A DNA stretch of 44,143 nucleotides from the NCBI GenBank assembly GCA_000934665.2, contig JYFJ02003280.1, positions 1 through 44,143 of the forward strand, in the 5' to 3' direction. A program made the translations under genes and the position numbers. This stretch comes from Catajapyx aquilonaris (taxonomy: Eukaryota). The notes under the pieces were generated by a model, which was not told the origin of the DNA, did not search any database, and saw only the letters and a program-made list of their open reading frames with translations. Positions 26,123 to 34,912 of this stretch are shown here, in pieces. Position 1 is the stretch's first letter; each line of letters starts with the position of its first letter.

Positions 26123-27046
26123 TCAGTCTTTGAAGCTCTCGTACATACTAAGAGCCCTATCTACACGATCAGACAACCAGTCCAAATCTGCCTGTCTGCC
26201 CATTTCCTGCAAAATAAAACATGTGATCAGGAAAGTCGAATGAGGAAAGTAGTAAAATGTTATCAACATTTAATGGCCATATTTTGCTGGGAGATGATGA
26301 AGTTGGCAACAAAATTGATGGGAATGTGCCAAGTTTCAAATTATGGCTCAATAAGTATCACAATAATGCATGAATTTCTTGACAGGCCAAAATAGAGGAC
26401 ATCCTTTTTTAAACATGCGACACTTGAGTCAACTTACGACAAAATTCCTAGCGTAGGATGAGATGGGGAACCAACGGAAGAAAAGCAGAAGTAGGATGAC
26501 GACTCCAGCAATGGTTAGGCCTGTCTTCATCAGTGGTGACATGTAGGTGTTGACACTCACACTGCCTCCAGGAAGATACAGAGTCTTTCCATATCCAGTA
26601 GCAAACGGGGAAATGAACGATCCTGTAATTACAGAGTTATGAATTATGACGATTTTTTTATAGAAAATATGTCATACTGCTAGCGACATTTTCCAATGCG
26701 GCAGAGGTGCAAATCGAGTGCAAGTAAGAAATGGTAGCCCTTGGGTGACGTCACTCAAGGCCTACCTCTTCTTACTCTATCACTTCGATTTGCACTTCTG
26801 CCGCAACAGAAAACGTCGCAAGCAGTATGACGCTACGCTATAGCCAACACTTTCCTCCTCCCACCCACCAGAGGCGTTGCGGGAAACTGTGCGCCAAAAT
26901 TCCTGGACATGTTCCCAAATCATAAAAATAATAGTTGGGCACTTACTTGGTTCAACAGTGTTGGCTTCATCCTCTTGAGCCCAGCTGAAGAAGATAAACC
27001 CAGCAACGATGAGGGTCCACAACAGAAGTGAAGATGCGTTGGTCAT
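26123..27046 (-). CDS. Cluster gene A: 122-aa signal peptide + single-TM protein (exons 27046-26947, 26622-26438, 26206-26123)
   Basis: MTNASSLLLWTLIVAGFIFFSWAQEDEANTVEPRSFISPFATGYGKTLYLPGGSVSVNTYMSPLMKTGLTIAGVVILLLLFFRWFPISSYARNFVEMGRQADLDWLSDRVDRALSMYESFKD*. GT-AG introns with matching phases (1, 0); upstream UTR exon donor at 27101; AATAAA at 26092-26087. Confidence 0.8.
26671..26842. mobile_element. Palindromic MITE, copy 2, inside an intron of gene A
   Basis: Aligns along its length with the reverse complement of 7242-7421; central GTGACGTCAC at 26745-26754. Confidence 0.82.
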
Positions 27047-27455
27047 CTAAACATATTCACAATTAAAAACAAATCTTTAACACTCCAAGGAACAAACTCA
27101 CCTTTGCGTCTTTCAACGATGGTGTCCTAACTCACTGATTTTCAGAATGCAAGTGGATTTTGCCCCAGCTCTTCTTCCCTTTTAAACCCTTTGTTCTCCA
27201 CCCCCCAAAAATGCCTCCAGAATTTCCAAAAGTAGATGCAAAATCCCCAAAAAGCTTTTGGAGTAACCTGTTCCAGCTATATTGGTACCAGAAGTCGGAT
27301 TTTCCCCATCCTTTGACCCTGAGTGAACCCAGGGTATTTCCATCCGAAACAAAGGGCATTGCCTGAACAATTTCAAATATGCACCGTTTTATTTGAACAC
27401 ATGCATTGTTACATATTTAAAGTTGGTTCAGTATGTAAAAATATGTAAACAATCA

Positions 27456-28026
27456 CTAGATGCGCAATTGTGCTTCAGAATATTTCCTAAGAGCAAAGTG
27501 GACATTCCTGGTCAATATGTCGCCATCATCATTGGTGGTGACCCTCTCTCGCCTTTTGTTCCGAGGCCTATTGCCCGCCAAAAGTGGCAATCGCACTGTT
27601 GCTAAAAGCACTGTTGCCAACAGCACTACCCACAGCACAAGAACAATCTGAAACACCTGGGCCCTCAGGATCATCATCATCATTTGAGAGGTCAGGCCTG
27701 GGTTGGCCTGAGGGAAAGAAGGGGCAAACGGCCCCGGGGCATTGATGTGAGCATGTGGAGGAGGATGAACTGGAAGGGGCAACGGAGGATGCAGGTGGTC
27801 ATCCAGATGATGGTGGTCAACATGGATGTCGTGATGGTGGTGATGATGGTGCTCGATGGGTTGGTCCTCATCTTGATCCTGGTTATCACCGGAGTCTTGT
27901 CTGTTCAGCAACACATTTTTAAGAAAATAAGATTTAAAATTTAAAAAATAATGCAAATTATACATACCCAGATTGCACCTCTTCGTCTCCTCGTGGCAGG
28001 AACCATCGGTTGTATACGTAGTTCAT
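27456..28026 (-). CDS. Cluster gene B (3' ORF): His/Pro-rich single-TM protein, 167 aa from ATG 28026 (exons 28026-27968, 27900-27456); true N-terminus uncertain
   Basis: MNYVYNRWFLPRGDEEVQSGQDSGDNQDQDEDQPIEHHHHHHHDIHVDHHHLDDHLHPPLPLP...VFQIVLVLWVVLLATVLLATVRLPLLAGNRPRNKRRERVTTNDDGDILTRNVHFALRKYSEAQLRI*. Phase-2 GT-AG intron; AATAAA at about 27393-27388. Confidence 0.72.
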
Positions 28027-28116
28027 GCTTACACAGTTGGATTTTTGGATTCCCTTTCTTTTATGACAACGGTACCGGTACCGTGTTGTGCTCTACTTGC
28101 CCCTTGGTAACTATTT

Positions 28117-28405
28117 TTACGCATCGTTTTCAACATTGTCCAAATATGATATGATTCTGGGTCCAACAAGGTACGGCAACTGAGGTGGGGTAATCAAGGC
28201 AAACACGGACACTATAACCATATGCAGAAGCAAAATAAATCCAACCGCTCCCATAGAATAAAATATGGCATCCAATCCAAACTGATCCGAATACAAACTT
28301 GGGCTGAAAATTTTTAAATAAATAAATGTCATTGTTAACTACAAAAGTACACAGTATGGCCGATAATTACTTGTTGACTGTCGCAAAATTAAACTCAGCA
28401 GACAT
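28117..28405 (-). CDS. Cluster gene B (5' ORF): 73-aa single-TM peptide, or the first exons of gene B (exons 28405-28371, 28303-28117)
   Basis: MSAEFNFATVNNPSLYSDQFGLDAIFYSMGAVGFILLLHMVIVSVFALITPPQLPYLVGPRIISYLDNVENDA*. TATA box CTATAAAA at 28449-28442, caaaATG start, and a phase-2 intron (gtaatt...ttttcag). Confidence 0.6.
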
Positions 28406-28441
28406 TTTGGAGCACTCAACTGCAGCTCTGAAGAGTCCTAA

Positions 28442-29171
28442 TTTTATAGTAGGTCTTGCACTATGACCCCTTCCAGCTGGCCCTCTACCGGACACTTGAT
28501 CTAGATAGATCCCGTTTTGTAAGCACTTTTTCTACACCCTGTTTTCAAAATGTGGAAGCATTTCAATAGGATTTTTTTTTGAAGGAAATAAAGTAGTGGT
28601 CAAAATAGTTTACGCTGAAAATTTTGTGCTATTACTATTTGAAGGCTATGGTCCTGACATTTTTACACTATTTCCCACTATGGCCAAGTTGTGCCTACAC
28701 GCCATCTAGGGATCGTCTGGTCCTCTGCAAACGCAATATTTTCTGCAATTGTCGTGACAATTGTCGTGACATGTCAGTGCTGTCGGATGTGGGCATTATT
28801 ATGGGCAGCCAAACCCACGAAGGTCGACAACAACAGAACCGGTCCCAAATAGGGCTGGGGGCCAACCAAAAAACCCTGAACGTTACATGCATGTAATAAA
28901 CATGGTATCCTGAAAAAATGCAACCCACTGAGCAGGCTACCTAATCAGGCCAAATATGACCTCTGTAGGCTTTTAAAAAGCCCAAATATGTGTCCTACTT
29001 TGAAATGAAATCAATGTCCAAAACCGGAGTTTGTAGCCCCCGAAGTACAGTTGCGATTTCCCCCAACACTATTGGTTCTCAAACTGGTTCGAAAAACCGT
29101 TCCTGAGTTTTTGGACCAAAAATGACCCATGCCCCCTGAGTGACCCCACCCCCTGAAGTGGGGGTATAAAA
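28442..29171. promoter_or_regulatory. Divergent promoter region between genes B and C, with two TATA boxes and Grainy head-like sites
   Basis: TATAAAA on the minus strand (28448-28442) and on the plus strand (29165-29171); GAACCGGTCC at 28836 and AAACTGGTTC at 29081. Confidence 0.55.
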
Positions 29172-29255
29172 ACCCATCCAGGTGGGGTTCACCGTCACAA
29201 ACCACCTGAAACGCCCTCAAAGGTCATCTAGTACAGCACCAACTCCAACTCCAAA

Positions 29256-29921
29256 ATGGCCATCGGTCTTGGTAAGTTGTCACTTTGATTACTTTTGTAC
29301 CATCATTGCCAATATGTTCCTCCTCAGCTGTGGTGCTTCTGGCTGTGTGCGCCGTGTCTTCAGCAGCCACTGTTGAATCCAGGCAAATGGGACCTGGAGG
29401 ATATGGGATGGAACCTGTTGGCGGACCTATGGGCGGGCCTCCACCTGGGGGTATGATGGGTGGTATGCCTCCACCACCTATGGGAGGCGCACCACCCATG
29501 GGCGGCCCCGGGCCCTTCCCCTTCCCGCTGAAAGACCCTGGATTCGCAGTGACCTCTGGCTTCGAAGGCTTCCTGGTGCCCAACAGCTGGTGGGGCGGTC
29601 TTCTTCCATGGGGTCTCGACGGTGTCCTGATCGTCGGTGGGGTCATCCTGGTCGTCGTGGTCTTCGTGGTGCTTCTGGGGGCCATCTTCGCCTGGCCCGA
29701 AAACTGGTGGAAGGACGGAGGTATCTTCGCCAAGAAGGCTGACAACAAGGATGGCGATGCCAGGTTAGTACAAAACAGTACTTCAAGTTGACCCGTACTG
29801 ACCCCCATGTCTTTTCAGGGGGTTCATCAACTCCCAACCATTCTTGGAGCTGACCACCACTGTGCTGGATGCCATCGACAAGTACAGCAATGCCGGTATT
29901 GAACACGCCAAGAAGGAATAA
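29256..29921 (+). CDS. Cluster gene C: 184-aa signal peptide + Gly/Pro/Met-rich + single-TM protein (exons 29256-29271, 29328-29763, 29819-29921)
   Basis: MAIGLAVVLLAVCAVSSAATVESRQMGPGGYGMEPVGGPMGGPPPGG...KDPGFAVTSGFEGFLVPNSWWGGLLPWGLDGVLIVGGVILVVVVFVVLLGAIFAWPENWWKDGGIFAKKADNKDGDARGFINSQPFLELTTTVLDAIDKYSNAGIEHAKKE*. TATA at 29165, aaaATGG start, 56- and 55-bp GT-AG introns, AATAAA at 29975. Confidence 0.88.
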
Positions 29922-30165
29922 TTTGTGCGACCTCGTGACCTACTGTAATTTAATTATGTTGTTATTTACTGTGCAATAAATTATTAGACGCTACGCCTAA
30001 ACGGTATCGTCCTTGACCCCGCTTATTTCCGGAAAAAAAGCAGACTTTTAGGAACCAGTTTGGTGGGTTAAAATAGAAGGTCATTGTTCCAGCAGGTACG
30101 ACAGAAGACATCACTGACCAATATTTCAGAGCATTGGAACTGTTGCAACAGACGGCACTGACACC

Positions 30166-30592
30166 ATGGATCAAATCAGGTGAGCCTAGGTATTGTATTG
30201 GGTAACACTAACAATGTAACTAACAATTAACATGTACCGTCAGGCTGACCCTAATATTACTGGCTGCTCTGTCAGTGGTGCTTGGAAGTGTATATAAGAC
30301 TGATGTCCAACGGTACCGGTACGTCCAGCCCACAAGCTGTTGCATACACTGGCCAACAGCTAGGAGGACCTACCGACAAAACAAGCATCCAAAACGTCGA
30401 CGTCACAAACACCCCAACAGACGTAACGACCATGAAAACCCTGGGTACGGCACCGGACGACTAGTCAACATATTCTTCGGCACCATCCTCCTGGTGTCAA
30501 TGATGCTCCTTCAAGGATACATCAACTGGCTTTTGGGCATATCAAACAGCGACGGTAGATCAATAGAGCACGCCCAACATGTATTCGCATGA
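30166..30592 (+). CDS. Cluster gene D: 120-aa signal peptide + Arg/His-rich + single-TM protein (exons 30166-30179, 30244-30592)
   Basis: MDQIRLTLILLAALSVVLGSVYKTDVQRYRYVQPTSCCIHWPTARRTYRQNKHPKRRRHKHPNRRNDHENPGYGTGRLVNIFFGTILLVSMMLLQGYINWLLGISNSDGRSIEHAQHVFA*. accATGG start; 64-bp phase-2 intron gtgagc...cag. Confidence 0.72.
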
Positions 30593-30669
30593 ATGTACAC
30601 TTGGGGGCATATAAAAAAAATTGAGTAAAATTCACTTAAAATTTTGTCCAGTAGTGTTGTGTCCCGAAA

Positions 30670-32067
30670 TTAGCGTTCTTCTCCAGCGCAGTCTCCAGCA
30701 GCCGACTGGCTCTTGGCGTCCGTCTTGGTCTTGTCATCCTTGCTGGCCTTCATGTCTTCCTCTCTGTACATCTGCTGCTTGTTCCTCCTGTGTGCGACCA
30801 ACTGATGCTCCAGTGGACGGGCTGTATATGGTCGGTCGTACTCTTCGTCGCTGTCCACACTAGTACCACCGGATGGCTCGCAGGGGCAGCCTTCGCCCGA
30901 TATGCCCACACCTTCAACGCACAGGTCCAGCTGGCTGGTTGACCCACGATTGCACACCAACTGGGGGTCGCTACGTATGGCCCGGAGACCCATGAACCGC
31001 CCACGGGCCGCCAGTGATGTTGGGAGAGGCACTGGGGGCAGCTTGTCCTCCCTAGGAGGGGTCAGCTTCTCCCAGGTGGTATGCAGACCAACGCGGTTCT
31101 CACGGATGTGGCAGGCATACACGGGTACGGTGGCGAAGGGCTTGCAGGTCACATCGGAGGAGTCCGGTGACACGTAGGTGTAGGTACATGGGGGTATGCC
31201 GAAATTGCGACGGGTCAGCTCTCGGAGGCAGGACCGCTCCAGGGCAGGGAGGCCGTACTGGGCTGCCATACACAGAAGGTCGGTCACCAGTCGCTCTGAC
31301 CCGCAATGACGCTCCCACATCATGGCCTCACCCAGTTCGCCCAGTCCTGCACGGGTCAAAGGTCATGCCAATGGGCAGTAGCAAGTTGCCAGGCAATGGC
31401 AATTTTTATTTATTATTTACACGTGTTAATAACTCTTCAGAAATGTCCATGTCCCACTTACCCTCCTGGACGTCCCGGTCTTGAAGTTCGATGACTTTGA
31501 TCTTGTTGGCCAGCTTGCCCTCAACTGTGCCTAGGTCGATGCGACAGATGATGGTGACCTTGTCCTCTTGCTCTTGTAAGAATCCCATCCGGTTCTGACA
31601 GAATCGGTCCTTGGGAACCAGGTCGGGGAAACCCGATCGGTTTTGGCCCCGGGGCGTATGGAAGACAGCCTTGCCCTCCCTAGCCACCATGGGCTGCCAG
31701 GGGTTAAGGGACACTCCCAGCAGGTACCGGATGTCCGCCTTTTCCTCCTTCTTCGAAGGGGTCTCCATCCTTATGTACAACCCCAGCTTCTCTTCCGTAT
31801 CGGACGACGGCGACGGTACCACTTCCAACCGCCATCCGTGCATTGTCTAACAATAGTGGACAACAATCACGCTCTCTGCTAACTCGCTTATTACGACTAT
31901 AAACTGACCTCGACCCCCATGTAAGGGTCACCGGTCCAGAAGATGGGGGACTCCAGCACGCATCCCGGCGGTAGCAGTCCGATGTTGCAGACAATCCATC
32001 GGAACTCATAAGTGTAGTCAGACCAGAGATCCTCCAGCGAAGGTTCCACCATTTCCTTCGAGTTCAT
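30670..32067 (-). CDS. Divergent SPOP/roadkill-like MATH-domain protein with only BTB remnants, 406 aa (exons 32067-31909, 31846-31462, 31346-30670)
   Basis: MATH hallmarks: YEFRWIVCN, LESPIF, GWRLEVVP, LGLYIR, SGFPDLV, DKVTIICRI. These are followed by a BTB C-terminal-like segment DLLCMAAQYGLPALERSCLREL (cf. SPOP [22 protein letters not shown]). GT-AG introns with phases 0 and 1 keep the frame open. Confidence 0.8.
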
Positions 32068-32710
32068 CTGTAGAAAAGTACAATGGCTACCTGCCACACC
32101 TGGTTCAATACCAGCTAAAGACAATACCCACGGTCAACTCAGAGGGCCAACTCTTGAATTTCGGCAACTCTACGAGGCCCACCAGAGACGGGGACGTTCC
32201 ACGAACCGACTTGTGTCAGCTCCACTGTCGGGTCACCTCTCAACAAAAGCTCAGTTTACCATAACGACGGTGGTCACCATGGCATTGCCAATTGGCGACA
32301 TTGCTTTGCGGGGGTCAAAGCCCCAAATCTGGGGCAGGTCAAGGAACAGGACAACATGGGGTGCATTAGAAAGGGGCAATCGGAAAGGGAAAGAGATAAC
32401 AGCACTTCCTTCCTAACGGAACATGGCCTTCAACCCACATCTGGAGGGTCCATCAGGATTTTTGGGTTTGTTGCCAGATGGACAGAGCTATTATAGGAAA
32501 GGTGGAGGGACCCAATTTTGGGGGTCCAATGTGGCACCCTGTTATAAGGGGGGGACCCGTTAGGTGTTTTGAGAAAAAGGGACTGCTCTTGGGGTGGAGG
32601 TTATTGTCCAAAAGAGAAGGTGGACTGCACAGGTGAGTTGCAGGTATCTCACACAGCCGCAGAGTTGTGGTACTGTATGGTGCATCCAGTCCATTATTGT
32701 TTCTTACAGC

Positions 32711-33787
32711 ATGATGTTCTGGTGTGTTCTGCTGGCCGTTGGCCTGCATACGGCTGCAGCCTCCAGTTTGGAGAAACGCATGCTCATTGTGCCTCCAGGA
32801 GAGCTCATGGAGAATCCGTCATCCAACATCCTTGGGGAAGCACGCGGAGGGTCCAACGACCATATTCAGCTCCCTAAGGCTCTGCTGGAGAGCTTCCAGG
32901 ATGACGACGACCACCTTACTATTTCCAACAAGTTGGTGCCCGACGACAATAATAACCACACGACTGAGAATGACACCCTACTGGAGACACCACCAACGAA
33001 GAGTGGTAAGTAGTATTTCATACAAAATCAATGTATCAATAAATGTGGTAATCTGACATTATTGGATCCTTCATTGCATACCCAAGTGGCCAGTTCTCCA
33101 GGTGGACTAGGCTGGACACACTATGCTATACATGATCATACTTTTAGAATCTCTGTGCAAGAAAATTTTAAAACCACGAAATCCACCATCCAAGTCATGC
33201 TATTTACTATATCTGCTTTTAGGTTTGAAGTCATTCTGGTCCATCATTCTCCGCTTCATACGCAATCTGACACACTCATACGCTGTGAAGGGGCAAAGGC
33301 GAGATGACCATGAAGATGAGATCCTCACTCATCCTGTGAAAAACAGTATCACCAGGCTCATAGGAGCTGTAATGGGTCACGAGGACTGCCGCCGACATAC
33401 TGCCTGCAAAGCTGGGAAATACATGGAGGCCTTCCGGGGAAAGAATATTGTCCTTCTGTATGAAAACAATTTTTTATATTTTATATTTTCTGAGCAAGTG
33501 GCATAGTTGCTTTTTCATTGTGGTCTAAAACAAAGTTCAGTATGTGGTTGAATGACAGGTGCCATGCCAAATGACATCATTAGACATTGTCTTGACCCAA
33601 GTGTCCCAAGAGAGGAAATAAGGAACAAGAGGTCCCAAATTGATTGTAATAACACTATTCTTGCAGAGTCCTGGAGAAATGGGCCCCAGACACCTGGATG
33701 GACACTGTGACAGTTGCCAAGAAAGCAGCCACCTACGGAGACGACTGCACCACCTTCATCTGCAGCCTGCCAGTATCCGACTCTTAA
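32711..33787 (+). CDS. Cluster gene E: 216-aa secreted-pathway protein with a C-terminal 4-Cys module, DM4/DM12-like (exons 32711-33005, 33223-33457, 33667-33787)
   Basis: MMFWCVLLAVGLHTAAASSLEKR...PPTKSGLKSFWSIILRFIRNLTHSYAVKGQRRDDHEDEILTHPVKNSITRLIGAVMGHEDCRRHTACKAGKYMEAFRGKNIVLLVLEKWAPDTWMDTVTVAKKAATYGDDCTTFICSLPVSDS*. UTR intron 32633-32709; AATAAA at 33818 and 33839. The DM4/DM12 label is inferred from Cys spacing only. Confidence 0.8.
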
Positions 33788-34912
33788 CTTATTCACCAAT
33801 CATTATTTATCACCTTGAATAAAGAACCCCACTTGTGAAATAAAAATATCTCTTAAACGCAGAGGCAAGTTCTTTTATTGTTGCACAACCACTGTTCACA
33901 TATACAGACAAAAAAAGCCATTACTTGAAACTTGCACTGCTCAACTTCGTTGTGACATAAAAATAGTTTGCTGGAATACCCTGCACAGTTAAGCATCACT
34001 TGTAATTAAGCTGCTCGAGAGGAATCATTATAAAAATGGAATAGCGATAGTTAGTTTTATCTTTGTTATAAATTTGCTCTGTTAAAAAAGGAATGATAGT
34101 ACTCTGCAACATATGAAAAAATATATGTGACTTGCCACCTTGTAGCTGGTTCACATCAATGAACCAATGTTTGTAGGGAATTGCAGAGAGAATGAATCAG
34201 GCCCATTTGGTCTTAGAGGTGTCAAAACAATGGCCTTATTGAGATCTCAACTTATGAAGATGGAGCAAAGTTTCGTCATTCAGTAATGTTCCGATATTGT
34301 TTTATGGACCCTAGACCCCAAATTCCACCCCTAATTAATTGCTGTGTGACCTGATGTAATTTTTGCCCCTCCAATGGTATCTGCACCTTGCCATGGTGGT
34401 GGGGGAATGCGTTTTCCCATGACCCCGAAGAGCTACGCCAGCAGCAGCTTCGTCAACTGGCAGGGTCTCCCAAGCCAGGCAGGACTTTGGGATAGGAGAC
34501 AAAGAGAGATAACAGTCTTTCCTTTCTTTTTCCTCTTCGTTTCTGTCTCCACCTGTTCCACCTTTGTATCTTCTAATGGCCAGATAGCCTTAGTTCTTTG
34601 GCTCCTTCCCACTCAAACAAACATGAAATTTTTGTCCCAATGATTGGCCCTAATAGCTGCAATCAAGCTGCAATCTACAATCTTCATCACACACTCTAAG
34701 ACCAAGCAGACCTGAACCTTTCCTATATTCCTCTACCAAACATAGGCCAGCTTCTTCAATCCTGCTACAGATATTTGTTCTGGAAGCCCTGTCACTATTG
34801 GCACATAAGCGTCACCATCTGGCTATTGTAGAGAGGCTATACATATAAAAAATATACCCCAGTCACTTAAAATAAAACACCACTGGGAATGTTCACAAAA
34901 TTGCACTGGAAC

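Noticed and set aside
27132..27376. ORF MPFVSDG...HSENQ preceded by a ttcag acceptor-like site
   Set aside because: It lies between the poly(A) signal of gene B and the UTR exon of gene A and contains TATA-like TTTAAAAG; better explained as the promoter of gene A.
29224..29808. 194-aa minus-strand ORF, and similar antisense ORFs at 27684-27944, 34983-35465 and 35689-36213
   Set aside because: Antisense shadows of real coding exons.
32130..32301. Upstream coding exons for the MATH gene
   Set aside because: All frames are closed by stops before the donor near 32127; treated as 5' UTR with short uORFs.
34290..34435. Alternative last exon of the phosphatase (GKRIPPPPW frame)
   Set aside because: That frame is not phase-compatible with the donor at 34916 and has no convincing CTH match or pyrimidine tract.
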